This document shows positions 50,358 through 64,000 of a DNA stretch of 64,000 bases, in pieces (within the stretch, counting starts at the first letter, position 1; the number at the start of each line of letters is the position of its first letter). The notes beneath the pieces are model-generated. The model searched no databases, had not been told where the DNA came from, and saw only the letters and a list, made by a program, of their open reading frames with translations. Source of the DNA: Elsinoe ampelina (lineage: Eukaryota). The stretch lies in NCBI GenBank assembly GCA_010093995.1, contig ML992505.1, forward strand, positions 349,433 through 413,432. Reading direction: 5' to 3'. The translations under genes and the position numbers were made by a program.

Positions 50358-51059
50358 GATGATTGGAAGTGTGTGGTGTTTGCTTTGTGTAATTGAATGT
50401 GTTTACAGAAAATGTGATTGTTGTCAATGGCAGGAAGAAAGGCGGCGGTCAAGATGTTTTGTTGGGATGAGCAAAGAGCTTCGTCGTGGCGGGGCTCTGA
50501 CGCCGGAAAAAAATGGAACCCGCCGATGCAGCATGACATGGCTTGATGACAGAGGACCCCTTCTCCCTCTGTGATTTCCCCGCCGGAGAAAGCCAGTCGA
50601 CCTCTAGAATAGGCTGATTCAGCAGGATAGAAGACCAAGGAACCGCAAACATCCGGTCTTCGTGTCGGCTTGCACCAAAGGCCGACTGAGCCGACATTGT
50701 TTATCACAGGCGTGACCGTCCCGAGACATGGTCTGATGCCGCTCGTCCTGCCCTGGCGCTGGACTGGCTTGACTGTATGCCACTCAGGATGTCTGGCCTA
50801 AGTCCTCAAGCAGGTGCGGATGAATAGCCTCAAGTACTCTTCATCTTCTGGGTAGCCATGGACCGCGACCACTCTTTGCCCTGAATATTTTGCCAAGCAG
50901 AAGGAACCCAGGATCATCCGGGAAGGTTTTTGTGTTCAGACTGCAGCCCGCGACTAGACACCCGACGTCGAGCTGCCCGTAAGATACAGTCGAATTCGCT
51001 TCAAACGAGCCACCCCCGGGCTTGGCGATAGTTTATGCCGACCTCGCGTTACTAGAATT

Positions 51060-51990
51060 TGGTGGCTAGAAGTCTAGATAGAATACTGTCGAATTGAAGC
51101 TGAATTGAAGCTTAAAAAAGGTATAACAATAGCTATATTACTTAAATTAAGGTGTCACTATTATAGTTAACTATTAAATTGCTCTAATTAAGCTAGCGGA
51201 GGTACAATTCTTACTTGCTAAGGGGTATACTAATCGCAGCGTATATAGCACCACTAAGGTTACTAGAGCTACTATTTATTAGATTTATCTATCTCTTAAG
51301 TTCTTTAGTACTCCTTATCTACTAGTTAATACTTATGCCTTATAGCCTTATACTCTCTTATAATAGAAGAAAGATATAAGCCTTATCTAGCTAAGCTCTT
51401 TTAGTGCTAATCTTATAAAGGATATAATAGCCTACCTTAATAATATTTCTACTACCTATATTAATAAAATCTAAAACTTCTTACTAGAGATTTATAACTA
51501 CTAGATGTTAATAAGCACTATCTAGAGGACAATTTACTACTAGTAGTAGAGTTAAAAGGTAGCTAAGAAGGCAGTAGTAGAGAGAGATATAGTACTAAGG
51601 GAGAACTAAAGCTATTAGTGTAAGCTATAGCTAGTAGAGTATATTATCTATATCGACGAGTTGGCTTATAATAAACAAATAGTATAGAGAAGATATAGCT
51701 AGTTACTAGTAGGTAAAGAGTATATAGATATCTAGCTAAAGTAGTATAGTAAGAGGTAAAGCATTTTACTAGCTATATCTATTAATAGCTATCTTTCTAG
51801 CACCTTAATCTACTACGGATTAATTACTAGTAATATCTTTATTAGCTAGCTAAGAGATATAATATTACTAGAGTTACTAGCTAGTGTAATCTTAGTAATA
51901 GATAATGTATTAATCTACTAGTGTAATAAGGTAAAAGAGCTAGTATAAGAGTATAGAAGTTACTATTATAAACCGTCTAAATATAGCCTA
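51060..51990. mobile_element. Start of AT-rich RIP block; unassigned relic
   Basis: Sharp GC drop near 51060, TpA excess, no ORFs; GAATTGAAGCT occurs twice in tandem near the edge. Confidence 0.6.
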
Positions 51991-52425
51991 TGTTAGTAGT
52001 CTAAGCTAAGCTAAGAACGAGGTCGTTCTACTTCTATAGTAGTATAGCACTAAGGTAAGAGTTAGAGAAGGTATGTCTTATAGATAATAAAGTATAATTA
52101 GATAGTATTATAAAGGCTAGCCTTAGCAATACTAGTGTTTACTATCTAGATAAGGTTAACTATAGTACTTATATAAGGTAAGGACTATTCCTATATATAT
52201 ATGTTCTTTACTATGTGCTCTATATACTCTATATACTCTATAGCGAGAGTCGAGAGCAATATAGAGTATATGTCCACTAGTAACCTATACGCTCTATAGT
52301 TTTAGAGGTAGAGCTACTAGAGAAGATAGAGAACCGAGTAAATATTAGGCTAGGTCACGTAATAACCTTAGTAGTTTAATTAGTCCTAATATCTCTACGC
52401 TCTAGCTGTCCTACTAGTTTGTAAC
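51991..52425 (-). repeat. 3' LTR of the Gypsy element
   Basis: TGTTA...TAACA termini; 52243-52425 aligns with 58768-58950; left boundary inferred only from the terminal motif. Confidence 0.7.
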
Positions 52426-55400
52426 ATTACTCTCCTCCTTTAATTAAGTTGTCCTAATAAGTAAGTATCCTTTCTTGTCTTTATACGCTATATACTAAAT
52501 ATGCCTCCTAGTTGTTAAAGGCATAGTAAATCTAGTATATCTATACGAAAGAATCTCTTAGAGTTTATTAAGCTATTTAGAACTAATATACTATAGGCTT
52601 ACTCTTATTACAAATTAAAGAGGCTAGACTATAAGGTCTATGTTTAGTTAAGTATCTATAGCTAGTATATTACAAGTAACTACTTAGGCTATAATATTTA
52701 GGTAACAAAATTAGAATAGTAGCGTCTCTAGTCTAAGTATATTCGTTTACGAAAGGAATTAGTTATAGCTAAGGCTACTAGAAGGGGAGCTAAAGAAGCT
52801 TATAAAAAGGCAAAAGAGGCTTATTAAAGAGCTATAGGTAATAAGCTTTACCTACGCGAAGAGATGTAAAAGTTAGAGGACAAGGCAGAGAAAGTAATCT
52901 CTTTAGAGGAGACCTATATTTAAGTTCTAGAGTAGGAGAAAATACTATTATCGGTAGATCCCGTCCTACTATAGGATTAGTAATTATTTATACCTAACTC
53001 CGATTAGAGTTCCTTATTTAGCGACGATTAGGGTGCTTCTATTAGCTAAGTAGTCTTCCTTAGGCGTTCTCGTTTTTGTTTAGTGTTAGTAGCGTCTAGC
53101 CTACCTAGTTAGTTTACTTAGAATAGGTTTTTAGTTTAGTAATCTAGGATTACTTACAAGGTAAAGTGTTCCTCTAGTTCCTATATTGCCTTACTATACT
53201 AATGTCCTTTCTAGTAGATAAGATAGTAACGTTTTCCCCTTATAGATTTATAATATAAAACTCTTTTAATCTTATATTATAGCTCTTGTGTTTCTTTATC
53301 TAGTTTAATAGGTCTAGGTACTACGTCCTATAGTGCTTTCTCTAATAGTAATATATAAAAGACTAGGTAGATCCTTATATGTCTAGGTAGTTCTAGTTTA
53401 TATACGTTTTTATTTTTCTTTTCTAGGATCTTAAAGAGTCCTAGTTTAGTGTAGTTAAGTTTCTTACTTAGTTGTTTCGTTTTAATGTTTTTACTAAGGA
53501 GGTAAACCTTCTCTCTCTCCTATAGAATTAGTTCTATAATTCTCTTCCGGTTAGTAAACTCTACTATTCTCTATAATATAAATGCTATATCTTAGTGTAG
53601 CTAGTTATATAACTTCTTAATGTTAGCTACTAGTATATTAGTATCCTTAGATATTAGCTTAATTCTAAGTATGTTATAGTATAGATCCGAGTGTATTCTA
53701 TAGTTTATATAGAATAGTAAAATTCTATTTGCTAACTTTCTATTATTAATAGCGAGCTCTACGAGTAGTAATAGTATTACCTATAAGTCTTACTTATAGT
53801 TTAGGTAGTATCGTAGGTACTACTCTAGTACTTAATTTGCCTATTTAGTTTATCTATCTATTTATAGGTAAAAGGAAGTTAATAGCTTATATTTAACTCC
53901 TAGTAGGTCTATAAATAATTACTAGAATTGTAACATAAATAGCTTATCCCTATTAGTTATTAGGTCTCATAGTACTCTATATTATAAAACAATTATTTAG
54001 AGAAAGGTAAAGGCTATATCCTTAGTAGTTACTATTGTCTTATATAGTATAAAGTAGTAATACTTCGTAAACCTATCTACTAGGACTAGAATACTATTGT
54101 ACTTTATACCTATAAGAGGTTCTTCTAATAGTAGTAGAGGTCCTATAAAGTCTATCGTAACTAATTGCTATAGTTTGTCTAGTAGTAGTAAGGGTTGTAA
54201 TAGGCTATATAGCTTATGTCGTAAGTGCTTAGACTTATAACATGTATCGTATATAGTAATATACGTCTTAATGTTATTTCGGAGTCCTTTCTAGAGGTAG
54301 TTTTATATAATAAGTTTAATAGTCTTATCGATCCTATTATGTCCCGTAGTTAGGTTATTATAGTACATTTAAATAACTTCTTTTTTCTATTCTTACGTAA
54401 GCTCCTAGGTAAGACTATATAACTACTTTACCTTCGGGTGCTTATAGACTAAAGCGCCGTCCTACTACTTTAGTATAGAGGCCTCTATTATTGTTATATT
54501 CTTTAAGTAATTTAGCCGGCAGCTAAGAGCGTCTACTCTACTATTCTCTAATCCCTTAACATAGTAGATCTAGAAGTTATAGCTTATAAGTGTTTCTAAC
54601 TATCGAACCTATTATCTATTAAGAACCTTAGTTATTGTCTAATATAGAAGGTTCTTATAGTCGGTGTAGACTTATATAAGTAAGATTATCTCTTCTAGGT
54701 ATACTCTCTATTTACGGAACGCTTTTATAATTATAAGTAATTCCTTATCGTGTATATCGTAGTTAAGTTTAGGTCTAGTTATTTTTCGTAAGTAGTATAT
54801 AATTAGGTAGCGTCGTTCTTCTACGTCCTTCTACGCTAGACACGCTTCTATTATAAAGTCCGAGGCATTTGTTTCTAGTAGTGCTTATTAGTCTAGGTTA
54901 AAGAGTACTAGGACAGGTACTATTATAAGTCTAAGCTTTAGCTCCTTAAAGGCCTACTTATATCTCTTGTTAAAGATAAAGCTAGTTTTCTTTTTTGTAA
55001 GGTTAGATATTAGCGTAGCTACCTTAGAGAATTCTTTAATAAACTTATAGTAGTAGTTAAAGAACCTTAGTAGCGCTTAAACCTCCTTAACTATTATAGG
55101 TTCTAGCTAGTTATTTACTAACTTAATCTTCTTTAGATTAGGTCCGATGCTATTAGTAGATATAATATAGCCTAGAAATTATATCTTATACTTATAGAAC
55201 TTATACTTAGAGAGTTTTACTAGTAGGTCTTTCTCTTTTAGTTTCTATAGCACTTTATAAATATATCCTATATGTTTGTTATATATCTTTAAGAAGATAA
55301 TAATATTGTCTAAATATGCTAAGATAAAGTTATTAAGGTATTCTTATAGAGTGTTATTAATTAACTCTTAGAAGGTTACAAGAGTGTTAGTTAACCTAAA

Positions 55401-57936
55401 GAGTATAACGAAGTACTTATATAAACTCTATTATATTCTAAAAGCTATTTTCTACTCCTTGCCCTCCTTTATTTATACTTAATAATAGGCGTTTCTAATA
55501 TTAATTATAGTAAACTATTTAGCTCTAAGAAGTCGGTCTTAAAGTTTATTAATTCTTAGTAGAGAATAGCGATTCTTTCTAGTAAGTATATTAAGTTTCT
55601 AGTAATTAATATATATTTATAATATTCTATCCTTTTTAGGTATAAAAAGCACTCTATACGTAATAGGTAATTTTAATAGTCGTATAAATCCTTTAAGTAA
55701 GTACTTGTTAATGTAGTTCTTAAGGACGTTCTTCTCTTATTTCGATAGTAGTATAAGACCTTAATAGTGTATTAGGGATTTACTCTCTTTAAAGAGTATT
55801 TTATAATTCTATAGTTTATGTTAGGGTAAGGCTATAATGCCTTTTCTTTTCTTAAATAAGTTCTTAAAGTCTTTATATTTTAGCGGAAGTACTTAATTAC
55901 TTACGCTAGTAATAGCTCTAACTATTAGTTATACCTATACTGTCCTTATAGTTAGTATCCGCGGAGCTAATTATACTTCCTATATTTTATAATTATACTT
56001 AGGAAATTTAAGTGTTTCTTTAATCTAGTCTATGTCTAGATTATATTATTAAAGCTAGTCTATACTAAGTACTATATTATACTATATATCTACTATATCG
56101 ATCGATTGTTTTTCTATATATGTTTTAATTTTAATTATAACATTTTATAGTTCCTAAGTAACTTTCCTATTCTTCCCTATAGGGGTTCTATCTACTATAG
56201 TAAGTAGGTAAGGTAACTCCTTCTAGTGTTAATAAGGTTTAAGCTAATTAGCAACTGTTATAGAGATATAGCTATAGTTAGCTTCTAAATCTATTATTGC
56301 TCTTACCTTACTCTCTTATATTTTAACTTCTAGTATAAAGTAGTTTAATATGTAGATCTTTATTATATTAAGGCTTTAGCTAGTGTTGTTGTCTTGCCTT
56401 ATTAGGTAACAACTAGCTAGTTTTTTGTTATTATAGCTCCTTAGATAAGTAGCTAATTCCTTCCTATATGTATCTACTATTAATACTATATCTATTAGGC
56501 AAGTTATATTTTATTACTATTTAACATAGTAAGGTAAACTTCTAGCGCCTAAGTCCCTTAGTAACTATAAAGTCTAATAATTCTCTACTAGTTGTACTAA
56601 GTAGTGTTATATACCTATACGGGTATAACTATTTCTTCTAGGTGTAGCTAAGTGTTAGTATTAAAGACAAAAACAAGTTATATAGATTTATCTTATCGCG
56701 TCCTATTCTAGTAGTAGATGTATATTATTATATAATTCCTCTATATCTCTATAAGGTATGCTTTAAGTCGTTCGCCCGATAGTAGTACGTCGTTGTTGTT
56801 GTTAGATAAGTTCTTATCTATGTTATTAAATTGTAGTTGTTTAGTGTATTCTTCGTTATATTTCTCTTTATCGCTGCTACCCCTAGTATAGTTATAGTTA
56901 GTAAGGCTATACTAAGTATATTCTCTTACTTAGCTATAGGGGACAGTACTACCTATTTCGATTACTAAGAAGTCTATAGTGTATTTAAGACTAATAGCAT
57001 CTTCTCTAAGTATATTGTATAAGTAGATAGTATAGTACTATTCGCAATTTAGATTTATATATTTCTAGAGCGATATATAATATGTCTTTCCTTATAGTGT
57101 ACTATAAGGGCTAAAGGTAAGGCTACTATATTATTATATAGCACTTGCGTCCTAATACTTCGTCTTAATAATTGTATATTAGTAATTGTTACTAACTACC
57201 TTCTAAGGTTAGTTACTATTACTACTAATTATAGAGGGCTCTTCTAGGTCGGGTTTCTAGTCTAGCTATTTCGTTAGTTACCTACGCTTAGATAGCTTAT
57301 ATAGGAACTAACTAGATCTTTACTTATATAATAAGTAAATATAACAAGAGTTATTATAATATACTATTTATAATAGCGTCGCGTGTTAGCTTTGTCGTTT
57401 ACTATCGGTTATAGAGATATTAAGTATAACATCTAGAGAGAATTCTACTACCTCTTAAGTTATCGTAGACTCCTTCTATATTTCCTTACCTACGCTAAAG
57501 GTCGTTAGGTCTTCTATAGTAGTGTCGGCCTTTTTTTCTACTAGCCTAGCAACTATTATATATAATCTATTAGCTAGCGCCCTTTATTAGTAGTCCCTAG
57601 CCTAATACCTAGGTCTTTTATACTTAAAATATAGATTATCTCGTCTATACTTCTCTCTCTCTTTTCTACTAAGGAACTTTCCTCTATAGCTGTAGCCTTA
57701 TACCTATAAGAGGTAGCCTTCGTATATAGTATTAAGTTCTATAGGGTCTCTATAGTTTCGAGAGAAACGCGTATATCTAGTGTTTACCTTATATCCTCTA
57801 TAACGTTCTATACGTCGTTTGTAAAGTCTGTTATTAATAGTAATTATAGTGTCTACTAGTTCCTAAAGGCTATTAGGCAGCTCGGGTATTATTTAGTCTT
57901 TAACTAAGTCGCTTAGTCCTTAATAGAATACTAAGT

Positions 57937-58761
57937 NNNNNNNNNNNNNNNNNNNNNNNNNNNNNNNNNNNNNNNNNNNNNNNNNNNNNNNNNNNNNNNN
58001 NNNNNNNNNNNNNNNNNNNNNNNNNNNNNNNNNNNNNNNNNNNNNNNNNNNNNNNNNNNNNNNNNNNNNNNNNNNNNNNNNNNNNNNNNNNNNNNNNNNN
58101 NNNNNNNNNNNNNNNNNNNNNNNNNNNNNNNNNNNNNNNNNNNNNNNNNNNNNNNNNNNNNNNNNNNNNNNNNNNNNNNNNNNNNNNNNNNNNNNNNNNN
58201 NNNNNNNNNNNNNNNNNNNNNNNNNNNNNNNNNNNNNNNNNNNNNNNNNNNNNNNNNNNNNNNNNNNNNNNNNNNNNNNNNNNNNNNNNNNNNNNNNNNN
58301 NNNNNNNNNNNNNNNNNNNNNNNNNNNNNNNNNNNNNNNNNNNNNNNNNNNNNNNNNNNNNNNNNNNNNNNNNNNNNNNNNNNNNNNNNNNNNNNNNNNN
58401 NNNNNNNNNNNNNNNNNNNNNNNNNNNNNNNNNNNNNNNNNNNNNNNNNNNNNNNNNNNNNNNNNNNNNNNNNNNNNNNNNNNNNNNNNNNNNNNNNNNN
58501 NNNNNNNNNNNNNNNNNNNNNNNNNNNNNNNNNNNNNNNNNNNNNNNNNNNNNNNNNNNNNNNNNNNNNNNNNNNNNNNNNNNNNNNNNNNNNNNNNNNN
58601 NNNNNNNNNNNNNNNNNNNNNNNNNNNNNNNNNNNNNNNNNNNNNNNNNNNNNNNNNNNNNNNNNNNNNNNNNNNNNNNNNNNNNNNNNNNNNNNNNNNN
58701 NNNNNNNNNNNNNNNNNNNNNNNNNNNNNNNNNNNNNNNNNNNNNNNNNNNNNNNNNNNNN
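57937..58761. other. Assembly gap (N run)
   Basis: Continuous Ns. Confidence 1.
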
Positions 58762-58950
58762 CCGTAGCGAGAGTCGGGGGCAATATAGAGTATATATCCA
58801 CTAGTAACCTATACGCTTTATAGTTTTAGAGGTAGAGCTACTAGAGAAGATAGAGAACTAGGTAAACGTCGAGCTAGGTTACGTAATAACCTTAGCAGTT
58901 TAATTAGTCCTAACGTCTCTACACTCTAGCTGTCCTACTAGTTCGTAATA
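58762..58950 (-). repeat. Visible part of second (5') LTR copy
   Basis: About 185 nt colinear with 52243-52425; the differences read by eye are transitions. Confidence 0.85.
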
Positions 58951-61720
58951 GTTACCTTAAATACCTACTACTATATTTACTAGATTTTAATCTAATTAAG
59001 TAGTTATTTATAGTATTAAAAGCATAGGTAAAGTAACACTATAATCTTATTAATAGCTACAATAATTACGTCGATTTCTTAGAGCTAGTAGTAATAGCGT
59101 ATAGTAGATAGTATACTAAGATACACTTTAAGAGCTATAGATATAGTGTAAGATTATAGGAGATCTATATTAGCTTATAAGAGATTACTTATATTAAATG
59201 ATTTAATGCTAAGAAATAGTAAAAACTCTTTATAGCTATACTCTCCTCTCTATACTACCTCTATACCTCTCTAAGTTAAATTAATTAATCTATCTTAGTA
59301 GCCGAACTAGATTAATACCTAATTTACTAGCTAGTAGAGACAATCTACCTATCTTAGCTAGTAAAATAGCTATTTCGCTAGGCTATAAGACAGGTAGCTT
59401 ATCTATTTTAGCTACTAAGATAGGCACTAATATTGCCTATATTAATCTACCCTAGCTCTTTTAACTATCTTAGCGTAGTACTAGCGCTTAAAGAGACTTA
59501 TCTAGTATTAAATCTAGTAAAGGAGACCTTTATTAAAGGCCTAGTTATTCCTCTATCTATCTATATAAATGCCTCTTAATCTATTAAGATTATAATTCTC
59601 CTTTTTTAGCTTAAATTTAACCTAAGATAATAGCTTAATATTGCCTCTAAAGCTTCTCTTACTCTTTAGCTAATTAAAAGATTTAGTTAACACCTCGTAG
59701 GAATCGGCCTTAGAGGTAATAGGTAAGAATCTTAGATTAGTAGAAGAAGGCGTAGAGTATATATAAGAGTTTAGAGCAATTGTATTAGTGATATTAATAT
59801 AGTTAATAGGGGTCGTCGAAGGCGCTAGTAGTACTAGTAGCGCTAGTACTAGTATTAGTATTAGAGGTATTAGAGAAGTACTTAAAGAGATACTTCTTAC
59901 ACTATATAGCTTACTCTAATTAAGTAATAGAGTAAGGCCTAGAGGAGGTTACTTAAGTAAGGCTCTACTATTACGAATAGCACTAAACTAAGTAAGCTTA
60001 TCTATTATAGAGACTCGTTAGTACTTACTAGTAATAGTACGCTAGTAAAGGCCTTAATAGTTAGTATAGCTACAATTACTATAAATCTATAAGCTCTCTA
60101 AGTCCGGCTCCTTATTACTATTTACGCCTTTAAGCGCACCTTATAATTAGCTCGTTACTAACTCTTAGCCTTATAAAGATTATAACTATAGTAGTACTAA
60201 CTCGACTAGAGGTATAGTCCGCCTTACTAGAGCTAGTCTAAGGCTTAAAAACTATAAAGGCCTTAGTAGAGGTACTATTAAAGAGCTTAGAACTAGTATA
60301 GTTAAGGCTAGCTATACTACTTAAAGAGGTAATATAGAGTTTATAGTAGCTATAGACTTTTTTACCTCGGCTATAAGGCTAACTCTAAGTAACTAGCGGC
60401 CTTCTTTAAGCTACTCTATAAGCTTATTAATTAGCCTTTATATCTTAGCTAGCTAGAAGAAGGCTAATTTCTACACGTTACTACGACTAAGGCCTTTATA
60501 GGTAGTAGAGTACTTAATAATAAGTAGCTTAAGTTAAGCTTAAGTAATAAGGCTAGTCTTCTCTAGCGACTACTCTAAGATTAATAACTAGCTAATATCG
60601 ATAGCCTCTTTAAACATATGCTTATTATTAAATAGTATCTTACTACTAAGCTTTACTACTAATTTTACCTCTACCTTACAACTGTAATATAGAGTATCTA
60701 AGTCGTCTAGATCGCTCTCTAGTAACTCTAGTAACTACGATTAGTGTAACTATTAGGGCGGGGTTAGCCCCTTTAGGTTTAGTACTATACTAGGGTTTAG
60801 GTCGGCCTCTAGCTAGCGTAGTGCCGCTAAGGGCTTAGTAGCACTAGTACTAGCTCTATACTATAGCTATAATAGTACTATACTAGCACTAGGTATAGGT
60901 TAGGTCGTATATATTCTAGACGTAGTATAGTGCTAGGTTAAGTTAGTAGATAAGTAGTGTAGTACTATTAAGTCCTTAGCATACCCTTACTAGTACTATA
61001 CTAGAGTCGCTATTCTTATAGTAAATTCTTATAGCAACTACTATATCCTATAACTCTTGTTACTTTTCCGCTCTAAACGCTTAAAGTTATAGTAGGTAAA
61101 GAATACTAGAGAGAAGTAAAAGTTATTAATTATTAACCCTTATATACAATTATAACCTAATAGTAATTTATAGAAGATTAACCTAATTAACATTATCTAT
61201 ATAACTTCTACGAGTCTATTTTATATACTTAGCTAGTAAGCTATATACTACCTAGAACTAATACCTTATTATCTTATTATCTGCTTTATCTAGAGGACAT
61301 TCTATCCTTAGTAAGTTTACTCTTATATAAATTACAACTCTTAACTAGTAAACCGGAGTACTAAAGCTATTAGGTAGAGTCTAAGACTAGAATAATTAGT
61401 TCTAGGTAGTTTAGCCTTCCTACTAACTTATAGTACAGTTACAGATTGCCTTAATACTATTAGATTACTAGTTAATAGTAAGTATAAGGCCGTCTAGGGC
61501 CTTAATCTCTACCTAAAGGTTATTAATAAATTTATAGTAAGTAATATTAGCCTAATAAATAATAGAGAGGCAAGTAGTAGACATAGTAGTAGATTTGCTT
61601 AAATTCTAGCAACTATTAGTATAAGTTATACTATAGCAACGTAAAGGCATACTAGATAGTTGTTTAAATGTTTCTAAGGAGAGAAAGAAGTAACTTAGCT
61701 AATAATCTACTTATATTCCT
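58951..61720. mobile_element. RIP-degraded repeat, family unassigned
   Basis: Same RIP dinucleotide signature; no motif identified with confidence. Confidence 0.5.
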
Positions 61721-61815
61721 TAGTATAACAATAGCTATTGTTCGATAATAGCTATTGTTCGACAATAGCTATTGTTAGTATTGTCGTTTTTTTATAATAG
61801 ACAATAGCTATTATC
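61721..61815. repeat. Array of the palindrome CAATAGCTATTG (17-bp period), likely a DNA-transposon end
   Basis: acaatagctattgttcg / ataatagctattgttcg / acaatagctattgtt, plus a fourth degenerate copy at ~61801. Confidence 0.7.
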
Positions 61816-63369
61816 TATATTATTGTTCTTATAATAGGTAACGCCGGATATATATACCTTTTAGTCGCTATTTCTCCTTCTTTCTCTTAAACCTCTCTTT
61901 CTTATTATTTAATACTTCCTTCTATAATACCTCCTTCTTACGCTTAACTCTACCTCGACCTAGTAGATCTAATCCTCTTTTAGCCTTATAAGATAACTCC
62001 TAGTAACTACGCTAGGCCCTTACACCTACGTTAGTATAAAGCCTATATCTACTATATAACTCTTATATATCTTAACTTTAACAACAACTACGAAATCTAA
62101 GCTAAATATATCTATAATAACTATAGAGGTTCGGTACTTTACTATAAAGCCTACTATACTTATAATACCCCTTATAACTTTCTAGGTGTTTCTAATCTAA
62201 TCTTTCTCTATAATCTAACGAATATTAGTATAATATCTTATAGACTAATAATATCTTCGACCTAATTAACATATAGCGCGCTATTAATTGTCTTATTCTT
62301 AATAGAAGAGTAGATCTACTCTTACTCTTTACTATACGCTATAATGTTAAATATAAGTAAGAGGAGTTAGATTACGTTAACGACAGTAACAACGGTATTT
62401 CTTCTAATAACTAATCTAATTAAGGTAGCGCAGTTAAAGCGTCGGCAGGCTAATAGCTTTAGATAGTTATTAATAATATAGACTTATACTTTATAAAGAC
62501 TTAATTACGTTACCTCTTCCCGTAAGTAACTAAAATTAACTATAATAATAGCACATATAAGCTCTTAAAGTAGAAGTGTTTATATTACCTCCGGCTACAC
62601 TAGTAGTTATATTACTACTCTAGGTAGCACTATTAGTACTAGCGGTAGAAGTACCTCCCTTGTTATTCTCTTTACTATTAGTATTATTCTAGAAAGTAAC
62701 TTAACTATTATCGGGCTTAAACCTAGTAAGGAAGTCGGGAGTATAATAAGGTAGATGTTAGTAATAGCGTAGAGAGTAGCGTTAGTAATAAGTTAGCTAA
62801 GGTCGTAGGTGCCGTAGTAGAGGTAGTTATTAAGGTCGATAATAAGGAGAGTAGTATAGAGATTAGTTATAGCTTTAGCCTTTATATTATAGTCGATCTA
62901 TATAATTTCCTCGTTAATGTTTTTATAAGCGAATCTAGCATAACTAATATAGATATAAATATAGTTATATTAAAGATACTAGCGAGTAAGGGAACAAGCT
63001 TCCTTAGGGCGGCTAACGAAGGGAGACTATTAGTATTAGTAGGTAGGATTATATATAGTAATAGGGAAGATATATACGGAAGTACTTTAGAGTAGATATC
63101 GGTATAGATACTATAAGAGCGTTATTGCTTAGAGGCTATTAACTAGATATGCTTAGAATACTAGCCTCTAACCTTAGCAACGTTATATAGTAGATCTTCG
63201 TCCTTATTATACTCTTCTTCCTCGTTAACCTCTTTATTACTTAAACTATAGGTAGTAATATCTCTAAAGTCGTTACTTATACTATCTATCCTACTATTAG
63301 TATTATTGTCAGCGGTAGTAAAATTGTCCGTCTTAGCCGATTAGATGTTTTAAAGATTATTTTCTACTA

Positions 63370-64000
63370 GCTTAGAGACTATAATTTATCGAATTGTCTA
63401 CGGAAGTAGTCTATACCTTTAATTACTAATAATATTCTTCGCTACATTAAAAACACATTTAATACCTACGCTAGTAATTAGTATTATAAGAATATTACAA
63501 GTAACATAAGCTAGTTATAGGAATAAGTACTTATTTTCTTTCTACTAAGAAAGAATATTAAATTCTAATATTTCCTATATAGGTAAAGTTCTAAAGTAAT
63601 TCTCCTCTTCTATCCTTATTATATAGATATTACTCTACCCTTACGAAAGTATATTATCTTAGCTAGATACTAGAGGTGTAAAGCTACTCTCTATATTCGA
63701 TAAGGAAGGCTTCTTAAACTAGTAAGTAATAGACAAGGCTAGTAGAGGAGGTAGAAGAGTAGTTTAAGAAGGGTAGTTATTATTATAGCAATCGAGGTAG
63801 TTAAGGAACTATTTATAGTAAAGTAATTTAAAATATAGTTCCTACGAAGTATACTTATATATACTAAGTTTCTAAGTTAGATCTAAGATTATACTATAAT
63901 TAAACAGGAAACCTTAACCTTTACTCGTTTACTTATAATACTTAGAAAGCTTAGTATAACTAGCTTTCGCTATATTTTGTATAACTAATAGCTAGTCTAA
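63370..64000 (-). mobile_element. RIP-degraded hAT transposase, C-terminal dimerisation domain
   Basis: After reversing RIP-type changes the minus strand reads roughly DILSWWKENE.LFP.LA.VARNIL...TSVGIE.VFNVA...R.RL.P.TIR.IMV, the hATC pattern. Confidence 0.7.

Larger units (their letters stand above)
51991..58950 (-). mobile_element. RIP-inactivated Ty3/Gypsy LTR retrotransposon (spans assembly gap)
   Basis: Minus-strand relics read after allowing C>T/G>A changes: RT LAYLD(D>N)II ~55310 and VMPFGLTN-like ~55390, RNase H LET(D)ASDF ~54870 and NYDIHDKELL ~54750, integrase VVDRFTKY ~54075 and ITDRDKLF-like ~53950. RT-RH-INT order; polypurine tract next to the LTR at 52426-52440. Confidence 0.88.

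Noticed and set aside
57920..58801. 293-aa ORF in the track
   Set aside because: Artefact of the N gap.
61721..61815. CRISPR-like array
   Set aside because: No unique spacers; eukaryotic RIP'd transposon context.

Overview
Filamentous ascomycete DNA (intron signals GTRAGT/GTAYGT...CTRAC...YAG; probably a Dothideomycete, by inference). A gene-dense island of about 50.5 kb (~570-51050) sits between two AT-rich, RIP-degraded repeat blocks. The island holds about 24 mostly housekeeping genes: MOT1-type transporter, Rtf1, Coq7, Opy2, U1-C, proteasome alpha1, WKF protein, Spc98/GCP3, AtfA, XRCC2-like, Som1, Taf8, HAD hydrolase, a secreted Cys-rich protein, a velvet-like protein, Spt8, Tudor-SN, Sod1, Tal1 and four unknowns, plus an internally deleted GMC-oxidoreductase pseudogene. 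The right block contains a RIP'd Ty3/Gypsy element with two LTR copies, an assembly gap and hAT transposon relics. Best finding: the first intron of the U1 snRNP C gene has no in-frame GT donor. The conserved MPKYFCDYC start is only rebuilt by a U2-type AT-AC intron that encloses a competing frameshifting GT-AG pair, a candidate splice-fidelity autoregulation circuit. Also notable: a possible readthrough PTS1 on the HAD hydrolase, recurrent C-rich to G-rich skew switches, clustered CRE sites upstream of atfA and Mac1-like cores at SOD1. Gene identities come from recalled motifs, not database searches; intron coordinates were derived by hand.
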